From positions 59,212 to 123,211 of IMG/VR virus record IMGVR_UViG_3300009103_001660: DNA of 64,000 bases; one strand, given 5' to 3'. Positions 1-10,868 of the stretch are shown here, in pieces. The DNA is from a virus. Made by a program: the position numbers and the translations under genes. Numbering within the stretch: position 1 is the first letter of the stretch; every line of letters starts with the position of its first letter. Under the pieces are notes generated by a model that had not been told where the DNA came from, ran no database searches, and saw only the letters and a list, made by a program, of their open reading frames with translations.

Positions 1-790
1 CATCACTTATTGCTACTTCAATAGAGGGCTGACCACAGTTTTCTATTTCAATCTCAGAATCCACGCCCGTTTGCTCAACAGCACACTTACTATACTGATT
101 CCACCATGAATAAAATGTTCTATTCTCATCGAATCCTGTTGCTGTTATAATTTCTGCCCCGCTCGGCATGGGAGCACAACCTGGATGAGAGTCTTGATTT
201 AAACTTGCGGTCCATTGCCCGCTCATCATGTTATAACCATCTACTTGGGTATTACTATAATATATTACATGGTCAGTGTCTAAACTGTTACATCCCTTTT
301 CTACCTTTAAATAAATATCTAAATCTGAGGGACATCCTGCATCTGGATCGTATGGATCCTCCCCACACCCACTCCCCGTGGGAGGGGGCCAGTCCACAGT
401 AGCCTTAACGTTATAACACCAAGCTCCAGTAGGACATGCTGGTGCATCCGTACATTCCAACTGTTCGGAAACGCTAGATAGCATAATTCCCGTTGGATAG
501 GGCCACTTAACCCCAGTTATCTCACCTAAGTTACAATAAGTATAATCTCTTTCGCCTATTTTAGATGGGTCCGCACAACACTCTGCAAATGAAGAATTAT
601 AAAGCCCCTGAATGTAAACTTTATTTTCATCCCAAGAACATCCAGTAGCGTAGTATCTGCTATAGTCTCCAGTAAATTGACACACTGTATACGTATAGTC
701 CAAATCACAATTAACATCGTCTTTTTCGGTATACTCCCTAAAGATCATACCGCCCATGTTAGCTGGAAAATAATAAGGGCTTTGTGCCAT
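1..790 (-). CDS. Cys-rich probable structural protein (partial, runs off window start; not in ORF track)
   Basis: Manual translation from the ATG at 790 (MAQSPYYFPANMGG...) stays open to position 1 with many Cys; starts 4 nt after the stop of the 1646-aa ORF. Confidence 0.8.
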   Translation of the reverse strand, partial: MAQSPYYFPANMGGMIFREYTEKDDVNCDLDYTYTVCQFTGDYSRYYATGCSWDENKVYIQGLYNSSFAECCADPSKIGERDYTYCNLGEITGVKWPYPTGIMLSSVSEQLECTDAPACPTGAWCYNVKATVDWPPPTGSGCGEDPYDPDAGCPSDLDIYLKVEKGCNSLDTDHVIYYSNTQVDGYNMMSGQWTASLNQDSHPGCAPMPSGAEIITATGFDENRTFYSWWNQYSKCAVEQTGVDSEIEIENCGQPSIEVAISD

Positions 791-793
791 GGC

Positions 794-3700
794 TTATACT
801 GTTATGTTATATGTGTTTGTTCCTTTAGTAATCTTAAATTCTAAACCTTTATATAATGGAGAGTGCATCGTCATATTCCACGGGGCCCAAAATTTCCAAA
901 TATTTTGAATATAAAAGTCATAAGTAGGCATATTAACACTTCCGATTACCTGAGGGTCATACGAGTTGAAAAATCCCTTACCTCTACAGTCACAATTACA
1001 CATTCCGTTTGCTCCATAGTACCAAAAATGAGGACCAGAAATACCGTTGCCACAATTCCTCGTATTCCAAGCCACATAGGTACAATTTTGATTTGCTGGC
1101 GCCTGCCCAGTCCATTCATTTTCATATTTTAGAACACCTACTGGGTTATATATATCATTTTGGATCAAAAATGGATACCTCGCCCACTTGGTCGTTCTAT
1201 GGTGAAGGTCAAATGTCCATTTAAATTTATAGTGCTGGAAAGCATCCTCTATTACCGCCGCTGCTGGTAAATATCTTTCTCCTTCATACATTTCATGACA
1301 GCCTAGTATGGAAGAGGTTGTATTTGGATTCCACCAATCATACCCAGCACAATGCGTTGACGGATTAAGAAATCCCCTATTTCCCGTACCTACGCACAAG
1401 CAATTTTTACCTGGTATGTAGAAATCCATAACTGCTTGATGATTAGACCAAGACGGCTGTCCAACCCTAAATTTCTTTTCAAAGACTTTATTTCCTTGAG
1501 CAAATCCTCCGCCCGCTTGAGCTGTCATTTTATACATTTCTAATTTAGCTTTTGCGTAATTGGCACCAGCTTTGCCCGCTCCACATATGGGCCATGGCGG
1601 AGCAAGAAGAGTATGGTTTGTCTCGTGTCTCCAAGTAGTTACGCCGAAAGCTGAACACGACCACGGATAATTTGCGCCCCAAGGTTGACTTAATTGCCAC
1701 CAAGCTGCCCTGCAAGGATGCCAAATTGTTGAGTTAGGCCCGTGGGGGGTGAATGCTGGCTTCATACTTGTTGGCCAACCCTTCCAAAAGCCATCTCCAT
1801 GACAAGCTGTCCAGTTATTTACGGTAGTAAGCGCATCTGGAGATTGGATTTTCCAATACCCCTGATGCCTCCATAAATCTTCGTAGAATCCTGTTGGATA
1901 TTTTTCCCCCAAATTCCAAAATGCCCCACCAATGTCTGCATATCCATTTGCCTTATCGTACCCATGATGATGATGATATACTGTGTGGCCAATACCAGGA
2001 ACAAATTGAGAACTATATGTCCAACCGTTTTGATCGCCACCATGTGGATACATTCCTACGCAAGCGTCAGCGGCGTATCCTCTTAGATAGTCGTTATACT
2101 CATATGTTTCTTTTATGTCTACTGTCTTTTCATCAATACAAGCTACGTTTGTATTTGCCCCAATGTTTCCACCCCCCTCATTACAATCCACGGGTCCACC
2201 AATATTCATATTAAAGCCCCTAGAAGGTGGACTGTAGTTGTTGCCGACGGACGGTTGCCAACCTGGTTCGCCGTGATTTGGATTACTATTCCAACTCTCG
2301 TTAGCTGGAACAGTAGCTTTCCATTCCAGATCTACCTCTACTTTATATATCTTCCTTGGGATAATCCCTGCAAACGTTGCTGTTTTTCCACCCAATCTAT
2401 CATCAAACATTGGAGTTCGTAGTACAAGTTCTGAAATCTGGGGAACGTAGTAGCTCATCCCCCAATATCCATAGCCTAGGGTTGATTGATTTAGTATTTT
2501 ATTCCATCCTACGTAAAATCCATATTGCGAACATTGATCCCACCCTCTGAAATCTGGATACTCATCATGACAATATCTACCAGTATGTGGCGGCATTACA
2601 CGCGCCCCGCTGTCAATCATGGGTATCCAAGCCTGCCTAATGCCTGATTCATATACGTAGCAATAATCCTTTCTTGCAAGAATTGTAGGATCATATGGCG
2701 CACTAGAAGCGGGGGATGGGATACCATATGCTCCCCCCCTCTTTTGCACTGACCCATGAAATTCACATATTAAATTTCTTGCTGGCTTCACAAAACCTGG
2801 CAGTCTTTCTTGCGCGGGCCACCACCAATCTCTTACGTAAACCTTGGCTGTTCCAGTTCCAATTAAATTTGGAAACTTATAATCGACAACCAAATATGCT
2901 CTTTTGGTATCTACTTCACAGTCTGGGCAGTTTCCAGTAAAGCCGTGCTTCCATCTACACCCCTCTGATGAGGGTATGTGCGGACTGGGATGTTGAGACC
3001 CAGTGCAAACCCCAGTAATAAAATCTATTAGAAAATCATTAAATCCAGACGTCGTTACAGGTTGAAGGTGATCTGGGTGCGGATCATACGCAAATTTATA
3101 TGCAAGTCCAGAGCCAACTCCATATGGCCACGATGGATTGCCGAACCCCGCATCATAAACTGGGGGGGGATTTTGTCCGCTGGGTCCTGGAATTGCTAAT
3201 TGGTAATACGTTTGATTAGTTCCATTATGGGGTCTTGGAGATTGAGTGTTCGGCCATGCTGTAGTATCATTACTCCACGGCCAAGAGTAGCCGTTTCTTA
3301 CGTAAGACTCATGCCAATCTTGCAACCGCTCCCACGTGTGACTAAATCCAGTAAATGCTCTGGAAAGATACGAATAAGTTCCGTCAAACCGTTGATTCGC
3401 CATAGCGTTCCCAACCGTAACGATAGTATTCCCAGTAATACCTATACCCCCATTTGGTATGGAATTCATTAGATTCCACCAAGCGCCAGCATAAGAGGAT
3501 CTCGCATGGAAAAATGAATCCCAACCATCTTTAATGGCAATAAAATAATTATCGTTAGTTTGACCAATGTTGGGCCTAGGATGATAAAACTCGTAGTTAT
3601 GCTGGCCACCAACCTGAGGGAAAAGGTATTCGTGACCAGTTAGGCATGCCCCTAAGCGATTAGGAAAGTACCATCCCGCATGCCAGAAATTTGTCCCATC

Positions 3701-5734
3701 TATACCAGTGGGAAAATAAAAAGTGTTCCCAAGTCCACAATCAAAAGTCGTTAACAGGGGCCTAGTCTCTGACGCTTCGTGAGGCGTCCATTGCCACAGG
3801 GATTCCCCCGCCGTATTCACATCTTTTGATCCTGTCCATGCATTTTTATAATGTTGCATAGAATACCACAGTAATCCGCCAACTGCATCAACTTGTACCC
3901 CGCTATATGGCTCGCATAACACCCCAGAGGTTTGAGCACACAAACCGCTCGCTGCAAAATCTTCATGACCATACCATGAATCTCCAGATGCCGCAGTCGT
4001 CAAAAGCCCAGTATTCCAATGCACAGCGAAATCAACTCTTTGATGGGTAGTAAATTGACTTCCTGCTTTGGCCATCAGCTTATTATTGTAAGCAGAAGAG
4101 TGACTGCTTTTTATCCCCCACCTAGGTTCTTCATACCGCCACCACCACCAACCTCTGTACGTAGTTCGGTTCCGCCCAGTATCAAAAAATCCCCCTGGCG
4201 AATTAAATTGACTACCATTAAAAGACCCATATGCTCCCCAGAGATACCAACCATACCACCAATAACCCGACCAATAAGCATATCTCCAAGTGTGCCAATT
4301 GTACCAAGGATAACCTCCCCAATGCCAATGAGTATTCCCCCAGTAAAAAGGTGTCCAGTAGTATCCATACCACCAATCCCAGTAACCAGCCATCCACTCC
4401 CAACGGGTCCAATTAGGTCTTCTATGTTCAGTAACTAACTCGTTTTCTGAAATAGATACGGAAACAGCGTAACCCATATCAACCTCAAGTGATCCCTCGC
4501 TAGGCGAGCCAGCCAACATGCCGTCGCGCGTTAACGCATGGGCAGCACCACCCATTCCGTTGATATAATTCTTACCCCCGTACATGTGAGTAAATCGATG
4601 ATTATTTGGAAAATTAATTCCGTTAAGTTGAGTTGAAATTCCATATCCAGTTACTGGTGACGTGTTGCCGCCGCGATCATATACGTTATAGTGTTCAACC
4701 CATACAGCCGTAAGCGTATTATCACAATCGTTGCTAAGGGAGTTTCTAGTAAATCCTTTACGCCTTCTATCATAGCACGGGGCGTGGCCATAACACCCGC
4801 CTGGCATCGCTGGCTTGTCGGCTGGCCAATTAAATCTGCTATCTAATGACCCTGGTCTTATATTTTCATTTTCCGCTTCTTCTAAAAACCACTTTGCTCC
4901 AGGGTTCGTTGGCCCTTGAGCGGGTCCCCAAGCACCAGCTTGATTATATGGATGAGAGACACCTGCGCCAAGCCCTCCCCAACCATAAAAATGTGGCATT
5001 ATCCCATCGTATCCGTACCCTGGGTGGGGTGTTATATCACAGATATAGTCTTGTTTCTTTTTACCCGACCACTTTGCCTTAAGAGCAAACAAATCTCCGT
5101 TCGAGTATAAAATTGTAAAAAGTGTAGACGACCTCCAATAAAACCAATCCGAATTACTCCAATGCGTCCTACCGACTATGGCACTTCTCCAATCTGAAGA
5201 GGTGACATCAAATTGTCCAGGAATTAGATAGGGTAATAACCATGGTTCTATCCCGTTTATTGGTGAACGTTCTGAAGTATATGCCGTCTTAGATAACTGG
5301 TTCATATATGAACCCCAGTTCCAGTGCCATCTCCAACTCCAGTTATTATTTTGATTATAGTACCAAGGTCGTTGTACCCAATTTTTTACTATCTCTCTTA
5401 CTTTCGTTATTCTTTCTTTTGATAGCGGGTCTCCATTATTCTGTGCCAGTTCTATAAAATTAGCCCATGGATATCTATCCCAATAAGGATATCTAAGATA
5501 ACCACCAAAATAGTAACCCTTCCCATAGTAAGGGCTTTCTACGTTATTATAAGTTAATTCGGGAGCGCCCCACAAGCCAGTTATCGAAAAGGCAGGAAAC
5601 CTAACTCCGACATTCCCGATTGAGAATGGCCCGTTACTAGGCAAAATCTCCATTATACGCCCCTTGTTAGCGGGCGTTAAAATAAACGGGCCGTCTTTTA
5701 GATTTAGATTATTGGTGTCGTTTATTAAATTCAC
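794..5734 (-). CDS. 1646-aa Trp/Gly/Tyr/Asn/His-rich probable virion or adsorption protein
   Basis: Very long ORF in the tail module; aromatic low-complexity tracts; no family recognised. Confidence 0.6.
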   Translation of the reverse strand: MNLINDTNNLNLKDGPFILTPANKGRIMEILPSNGPFSIGNVGVRFPAFSITGLWGAPELTYNNVESPYYGKGYYFGGYLRYPYWDRYPWANFIELAQNNGDPLSKERITKVREIVKNWVQRPWYYNQNNNWSWRWHWNWGSYMNQLSKTAYTSERSPINGIEPWLLPYLIPGQFDVTSSDWRSAIVGRTHWSNSDWFYWRSSTLFTILYSNGDLFALKAKWSGKKKQDYICDITPHPGYGYDGIMPHFYGWGGLGAGVSHPYNQAGAWGPAQGPTNPGAKWFLEEAENENIRPGSLDSRFNWPADKPAMPGGCYGHAPCYDRRRKGFTRNSLSNDCDNTLTAVWVEHYNVYDRGGNTSPVTGYGISTQLNGINFPNNHRFTHMYGGKNYINGMGGAAHALTRDGMLAGSPSEGSLEVDMGYAVSVSISENELVTEHRRPNWTRWEWMAGYWDWWYGYYWTPFYWGNTHWHWGGYPWYNWHTWRYAYWSGYWWYGWYLWGAYGSFNGSQFNSPGGFFDTGRNRTTYRGWWWWRYEEPRWGIKSSHSSAYNNKLMAKAGSQFTTHQRVDFAVHWNTGLLTTAASGDSWYGHEDFAASGLCAQTSGVLCEPYSGVQVDAVGGLLWYSMQHYKNAWTGSKDVNTAGESLWQWTPHEASETRPLLTTFDCGLGNTFYFPTGIDGTNFWHAGWYFPNRLGACLTGHEYLFPQVGGQHNYEFYHPRPNIGQTNDNYFIAIKDGWDSFFHARSSYAGAWWNLMNSIPNGGIGITGNTIVTVGNAMANQRFDGTYSYLSRAFTGFSHTWERLQDWHESYVRNGYSWPWSNDTTAWPNTQSPRPHNGTNQTYYQLAIPGPSGQNPPPVYDAGFGNPSWPYGVGSGLAYKFAYDPHPDHLQPVTTSGFNDFLIDFITGVCTGSQHPSPHIPSSEGCRWKHGFTGNCPDCEVDTKRAYLVVDYKFPNLIGTGTAKVYVRDWWWPAQERLPGFVKPARNLICEFHGSVQKRGGAYGIPSPASSAPYDPTILARKDYCYVYESGIRQAWIPMIDSGARVMPPHTGRYCHDEYPDFRGWDQCSQYGFYVGWNKILNQSTLGYGYWGMSYYVPQISELVLRTPMFDDRLGGKTATFAGIIPRKIYKVEVDLEWKATVPANESWNSNPNHGEPGWQPSVGNNYSPPSRGFNMNIGGPVDCNEGGGNIGANTNVACIDEKTVDIKETYEYNDYLRGYAADACVGMYPHGGDQNGWTYSSQFVPGIGHTVYHHHHGYDKANGYADIGGAFWNLGEKYPTGFYEDLWRHQGYWKIQSPDALTTVNNWTACHGDGFWKGWPTSMKPAFTPHGPNSTIWHPCRAAWWQLSQPWGANYPWSCSAFGVTTWRHETNHTLLAPPWPICGAGKAGANYAKAKLEMYKMTAQAGGGFAQGNKVFEKKFRVGQPSWSNHQAVMDFYIPGKNCLCVGTGNRGFLNPSTHCAGYDWWNPNTTSSILGCHEMYEGERYLPAAAVIEDAFQHYKFKWTFDLHHRTTKWARYPFLIQNDIYNPVGVLKYENEWTGQAPANQNCTYVAWNTRNCGNGISGPHFWYYGANGMCNCDCRGKGFFNSYDPQVIGSVNMPTYDFYIQNIWKFWAPWNMTMHSPLYKGLEFKITKGTNTYNITV

Positions 5735-7371
5735 TATATATACCTACGATGAACTGATGTTAAATAATTACCATTTATATTTTTTATGGTAAGAAGGTCA
5801 ATGCCAGTATTAGTAAAATTGGGTTCTTCTGTATACCCAGCGCTATGTCTTAAGCCGCTTGAGAGACCACTTATTCTCTTGACAACATACCCATCGGATA
5901 ACAACCCATTGGTTCCATGGTAGCCCCCAGACTCAGGATGCCCAACATACCCAGTCCAAATTGGCCCCGCCCCAGATGTTAGTACATCATTAAACCCAGT
6001 GTTACAAAAACCACAGCTCTCTTCTGAAAATCTATATTTTGTTGAAAAAGATATACTACTTAAATGGTCGTGAGGTTTTATCATTACTTCGATTTGTTGT
6101 CCGTTTACCATTCCGCTTGGGTAATCCAAGTGACACCCAGACCCCTTATAAGTTAGCTCAAAAGCACCAACAAAAGGCTTCATTTGATAAAGTCCCTTCC
6201 ACAGGTGATTTGTACCAAACTCAGAACCGTCTATCGTATTAGCTGGATTAACTACTGGAAAATAGAACGGCTGATCATAGAGTTCTTCACCCCAAGCGGC
6301 AACAGTTTCATTTTCAGTTGGACCAAAAGATGTGAGTGATAAAATGCCTATCGCCTGAGCGGCAACAGAAAACGGCATATCCCCTATCCAAGTAATATTT
6401 TCATCGAAAAATATATTTCTGCTTACATCCCCGCCAACTATTCTTAATGTTACATTTTTTATTCCTGCATTTTGTGATTCTGCTCCCATGCTAGAAATAT
6501 TGAAAGGAGATCTACTTCCACTTAAAGTACTTATAGTTACAGCGTTTTCTAAAAATAAGGTCTGAAAAGCCGCACTATCAAAATTTACCTTCAGATCCCC
6601 ATCCGCAGGAAATGTAAGTTTATTTTGGTAGTTGTTTCTAGAATCAATTCTAACTTGATTAGAGGATGGGTCAAGTCTTGCGTAAGTTCCATACCCGTCA
6701 CCCATTTTTCTAAATCTTAAATCTACGCCCTGTTTAGAATCAAACAAACCCACTCCCGACCCAACGCCTACGTTAGAAGCGGTATTTGTTTCGCCATCAG
6801 TAACGGCCAAGAAGTTTGCCATTTCCCTTACTTCTATATCTTCTAAATAACCTGGGGGCTCTATGAAACTTATACCAGAGTAAGCGTCTTCTCCAGCATT
6901 ACCCGCACCTGATACCACACCAGTTAATTTATAATCAGAAAGAGGAGTTTGTATCGCCCCACCAATAGAGACAATTAAATTATTTGGATCTTGTGTTAAG
7001 CTTGGAAAATAAAAATCATAATTAGTTCCATTACCAGTATAAGAATATGTTTTAAGCGACAGGTTTCCTCCCCCTCCGCCGCCGCCTCCGCCGCCTCCGC
7101 CGCCCCCACCCTGATTGGGCAAAGAGCCAGTTAAAACGTATGCGTTTTTATATTTTAAATACTCCCAATAATCTACGTGAAACTGTTGATCAGAAAGATA
7201 TAACTTATTTTCCACATACATGTTAGAAACGGGGTTGGCAGTCGCGCCAACATTATATTCCCCACTACCGCTTGGCACAAAATTTCTAGCAAACATGGTG
7301 AAAGCGCCGCTGCTCGTGACAACGTCCGTTTTCAACTCATCTGTTCTTAATGTCCTTGGCCCGTTATACAT
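5734..7371 (-). CDS. Tail fibre-like structural protein with poly-Gly linker
   Basis: 45-nt poly-Gly run at 7066-7110; fibre-type segments (TASNVGVGSGVGLFDSKQGVDLRFRK); abuts the downstream gene. Confidence 0.6.
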   Translation of the reverse strand: MYNGPRTLRTDELKTDVVTSSGAFTMFARNFVPSGSGEYNVGATANPVSNMYVENKLYLSDQQFHVDYWEYLKYKNAYVLTGSLPNQGGGGGGGGGGGGGGGNLSLKTYSYTGNGTNYDFYFPSLTQDPNNLIVSIGGAIQTPLSDYKLTGVVSGAGNAGEDAYSGISFIEPPGYLEDIEVREMANFLAVTDGETNTASNVGVGSGVGLFDSKQGVDLRFRKMGDGYGTYARLDPSSNQVRIDSRNNYQNKLTFPADGDLKVNFDSAAFQTLFLENAVTISTLSGSRSPFNISSMGAESQNAGIKNVTLRIVGGDVSRNIFFDENITWIGDMPFSVAAQAIGILSLTSFGPTENETVAAWGEELYDQPFYFPVVNPANTIDGSEFGTNHLWKGLYQMKPFVGAFELTYKGSGCHLDYPSGMVNGQQIEVMIKPHDHLSSISFSTKYRFSEESCGFCNTGFNDVLTSGAGPIWTGYVGHPESGGYHGTNGLLSDGYVVKRISGLSSGLRHSAGYTEEPNFTNTGIDLLTIKNINGNYLTSVHRRYI

Positions 7372-7374
7372 TTT

Positions 7375-7602
7375 TTATTTAAATATATTTTTTATTTTTG
7401 ACAGAAACCCGCTACCCCTTTTTGTCTCGGGTAAGTTGTTAGTTTCGTTTGGGGGTTTTTCCGTGCTTGCTGTATCCATATAGTTTTTCGCAATTTCTTT
7501 TGACTTTTCTATCAATATGGACAAAGCGGTTGCAACAGACATATTATTTAGGACTTCGCCAGCTATTCTTTCGATTTCCTCTTCTTTTTCCTTTGGGGTC
7601 AT
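7375..7602 (-). CDS. Small hypothetical protein
   Basis: Tiles with neighbours on the coding strand. Confidence 0.6.
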   Translation of the reverse strand: MTPKEKEEEIERIAGEVLNNMSVATALSILIEKSKEIAKNYMDTASTEKPPNETNNLPETKRGSGFLSKIKNIFK

Positions 7603-7676
7603 GTCAATTAATTATTGTTAGTTATCGCTAGATAATCAATAATAAATTAGTATAAAAAAACTAAAAAAGCAAATAA

Positions 7677-7706
7677 AAACCCGCCCTCGTATTTGAGGGC
7701 GGGTTT
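7677..7706 (-). terminator. Intrinsic terminator
   Basis: AAACCCGCCCTC-GTATTT-GAGGGCGGGTTT perfect stem with U-rich tail on minus strand. Confidence 0.85.
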
Positions 7707-7725
7707 CGTCTTTATGTTGTTTATA

Positions 7726-9354
7726 CTAGAATCCCATCACTACGTAATTAATCTTATAATTTGTATTTGGAGTCTTAGTAGTGAACTGAACTTTTGCGAC
7801 TGTCGAACTCACGCTAGTTGTCATGCAACCAATGAGATCATCAGTATCGGCCGTGCCCTGCATGGTTACTACTACGGTGGGTGTAGCTGAATATCCATTG
7901 GCAAACGTAATCGTCTTTTCCACAAGGTCTTTCGCCAGAGCAACCGTACCTCTTTCTATCTTGCCCTTTGTAAGAATCTCGTAATTTGTACCAGCGTATC
8001 CAGCTTCCCAAGAATCATTAGCCTCATTCCATTGAAGAATCGCGTCTTTACGAGTGCTATCGTCAGTATGAAGTCTTTTAACAGAGATGCCGCCATTTGA
8101 ATTATTTGCATCATCAACGATATCGGAGTTCAAAAGGATATTGCTATCGCCAATGTTTACCTCGTTAGAAACCACTGTGGTAGTCGTACCATTTACAACC
8201 AAGTTACCAGCAATAGTTACGCCACTATTAAACGTAGCGTTTTGTACCCAAGTTTTCAGTCCGTCAATTGTTTGTGTCCCAGCGGTCCTTACGACTGTAT
8301 TGTCCACGGCAACTGTTTTTGCGGCAGACCCATCAAAACTAAGTGTGCCAATACCATCTCCGTTCGTAAGCGCGTTTGCAACCGAGGTTGCTGCTCCACC
8401 CTTGCTCGCAGACCCAGCGTAATTTACCCCAAGCTCTGTGTTTCCAATTCCTCCAGCTTTAATACCAATTTGGTTATTTCCTGCCACCTCTAGTTGAGTT
8501 TTATTAATTGCGACCTGAATTGTTTGGGTCCCACCCAATGCTGTACTTTGTGTGGTTGAAGCTGCCACACCAGTTATACCAGAAGCGAACGTAAAATTCG
8601 TAACGCTATTTGCGAGCTTCGCATTCGTAACATTTGCGTCCAAAATTTTGGATGTAATTACATTATCGTCTTTTATCTTTACGCTTGTAACTGAATCTGT
8701 AGCCAATTGGGTAGTATTAATTCCCCCGTCTCGCACCTTAAGAATGTCTGTGCCATCGGTAATCTTTAGGGTATCTGCATCAGTGAGAACATATAGGGCG
8801 CCATCGGGCTGTACGTGAAGGCCAGAGCCCGCTACGCTGGATTCAATTTCCGTCTTGGTTATGCTATCAGCTTTTATCGCTAACTCTGTACCAGCAAACT
8901 CGAACCACGTATTCTTAGCTTTAACATTAATTGTCGTCGTGTTTCCAAGTGAAACTAGTCCACCCCCTTGAATACCATTACCCGCAGCAACCGTAAGTGA
9001 ACTATTCGCGAGTTTCGCATTCGTAACATTTGCGTCCTTTATAAATTCTGTAACGACCCCATCTTTGTCTATATGAACCTTATCACGCGCGGCAACTTGG
9101 CCAGCACCCGCACCAAAATCAGAAGCGGCAACATAAATACCAGAACCAGCATTAACGTGGATAGTTCTGTCCGCAGACAAATCTCCACCCCCGCCCAGGC
9201 CATCCCCAGCGATAAGTTGTCTGGTACCTGGGATGGCGGGACCGTACGCAAGTTCAGTACCACCGTAATAAAGGTTATATGGTGATTCGTGGTGCCCAGA
9301 TAGCAATCTGCCATTGAGCCTTAATTGTTCTACACTAAATACTTTATTGGCCAT
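7726..9354 (-). CDS. Long tail fibre / structural protein
   Basis: Gly/Ala/Thr-rich; GDGLGGGGDLSADRTI and repeated VTNAKLANS motifs; C-terminal H-type-lectin/gp53-like segment (ITFANGYSATPTVVVT). Confidence 0.7.
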   Translation of the reverse strand: MANKVFSVEQLRLNGRLLSGHHESPYNLYYGGTELAYGPAIPGTRQLIAGDGLGGGGDLSADRTIHVNAGSGIYVAASDFGAGAGQVAARDKVHIDKDGVVTEFIKDANVTNAKLANSSLTVAAGNGIQGGGLVSLGNTTTINVKAKNTWFEFAGTELAIKADSITKTEIESSVAGSGLHVQPDGALYVLTDADTLKITDGTDILKVRDGGINTTQLATDSVTSVKIKDDNVITSKILDANVTNAKLANSVTNFTFASGITGVAASTTQSTALGGTQTIQVAINKTQLEVAGNNQIGIKAGGIGNTELGVNYAGSASKGGAATSVANALTNGDGIGTLSFDGSAAKTVAVDNTVVRTAGTQTIDGLKTWVQNATFNSGVTIAGNLVVNGTTTTVVSNEVNIGDSNILLNSDIVDDANNSNGGISVKRLHTDDSTRKDAILQWNEANDSWEAGYAGTNYEILTKGKIERGTVALAKDLVEKTITFANGYSATPTVVVTMQGTADTDDLIGCMTTSVSSTVAKVQFTTKTPNTNYKINYVVMGF

Positions 9355-9470
9355 TTTCTACTTCTCTCTAATTAAATATGTTTTCTCACTCAGAAAAATT
9401 TTTCTCCAAGATTTCTTACACGTTATTATAGGCAAAGGAAACTAAAAAGAAAAAAAAATAGTTAGTAGGA

Positions 9471-10412
9471 TTAAATATAAGCAGAGACATATGAATCTAA
9501 TGTCATCCCAGTAGACAGTACTTTTGCACTAAAAGATACGTAAAACCCACTATCTTGTACTTTTGCTACCTGAGGTATATATATATCTTGAGCATAATCG
9601 TCATTATCACCTACAGTTTGGTAGGTTGGGGCAACTAAATTACAGACAACTTTTGGTACATACGGAAGGGTTTTGCCATAACTTATCCAATAGCTTTCGG
9701 TTCCAGTGGGTATACTGGTTTTTAAGAAAAAAATGCCGTCTTGAACATACTTATATTCTAGATTTCCGTAAAAGTTTTTAAATAGTTTATCTGCAGATCC
9801 AACATTTGAAGAGTTCGACACCAAAGGAACAACATCATTGCCCAGTAACACATTATCGTCAAATCTAGCGTTCCCGCTTGATACATGGAATTTTTCTTGT
9901 GGGTTTGCATTTCCCACGCCTATGTAATATTCAGTATCGGAAAATGACGTAAATAGTATCTTTTTATTTTTAGTATCAACCCTAAATAAGTCCCTATTTC
10001 CAGTGTCCTTTACTAAGAGGGCATCATCCGTAACTGGGGGAGCTTCTATTTTATATTTACCGCTATGTATAACAAGGGTTGTTCCGCTAACGAGCATGTG
10101 CCCCGCAGATGTGTATTGTATGTGGTTTGCGCCACCAAATTCAGTATGATTATCGTTATATTGAAATGCCCTGTTAGCTCCCCTAGGATTTTTAGTCCCT
10201 GTTACAGCCATTATTATATTCCTAATTATAGGAGTTGTACCCGCCCCCGCAACCTGTGCGCTTTTTAATCCAATTGTAGAAATCTGAGGAGTTGATGAGG
10301 GAACAACGACTGATGCACTTGAGGATGGAATTATGACAGAGGGGGTGCTTTGAGCGGTATTTACTGTTACCCCACCCTGACCAAGAACAACTACATCTAC
10401 CCTATTAGACAT
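9471..10412 (-). CDS. Tail fibre-like structural protein
   Basis: IGVGNANPQEKFHVSSGN fibre repeat motif; position in module. Confidence 0.6.
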   Translation of the reverse strand: MSNRVDVVVLGQGGVTVNTAQSTPSVIIPSSSASVVVPSSTPQISTIGLKSAQVAGAGTTPIIRNIIMAVTGTKNPRGANRAFQYNDNHTEFGGANHIQYTSAGHMLVSGTTLVIHSGKYKIEAPPVTDDALLVKDTGNRDLFRVDTKNKKILFTSFSDTEYYIGVGNANPQEKFHVSSGNARFDDNVLLGNDVVPLVSNSSNVGSADKLFKNFYGNLEYKYVQDGIFFLKTSIPTGTESYWISYGKTLPYVPKVVCNLVAPTYQTVGDNDDYAQDIYIPQVAKVQDSGFYVSFSAKVLSTGMTLDSYVSAYI

Positions 10413-10415
10413 TGG

Positions 10416-10814
10416 TTAAAAAATTCCCCCTGGATAAGGCGCGTCCCAGTTACCTCTAGTTACTTCTGGATGTATATTGACTTTTCCATCTAGAACTTTG
10501 GTGATTTCCCCAGAAACCGTATTGTGATGACCACTTATGTTATACAATTCTATATCATATACAGCCTGTGTGATTGGTAGGTTGCGGGTTACTGAGGAGG
10601 GAACATTCACCTTCAGAACCCCGCTGTGGATTGGGTCCTTTATGGTGACACCTAGGTCTGCCAATATTTCGCTAGATCCATAAGAATATCTTATATGTCC
10701 ACTAGCTAGATATCCGCTTAAATTGAGAGGAGTAACCCCGTCGTCCCCTTTTGTAGCTAGCTCTACGGTAAATGTATTTCCGCGAGTGAGATTTAGATCG
10801 TAATATACTGGCAT
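10416..10814 (-). CDS. BppU/LtfC-like fibre adaptor protein
   Basis: YDLNLTRGNTF...PLNLSGY.ASGHIR...YDIEL...KVLDGKVNIHPEVT pattern typical of these adaptors. Confidence 0.65.
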   Translation of the reverse strand: MPVYYDLNLTRGNTFTVELATKGDDGVTPLNLSGYLASGHIRYSYGSSEILADLGVTIKDPIHSGVLKVNVPSSVTRNLPITQAVYDIELYNISGHHNTVSGEITKVLDGKVNIHPEVTRGNWDAPYPGGIF

Positions 10815-10868
10815 AATCTACTATTATTACACCAATATATCAGGTAATTAGAATACTATTATTACTTT

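Noticed and set aside
794-5734. Diversity-generating retroelement target
   Set aside because: No reverse transcriptase or template/variable repeat pair seen in the window
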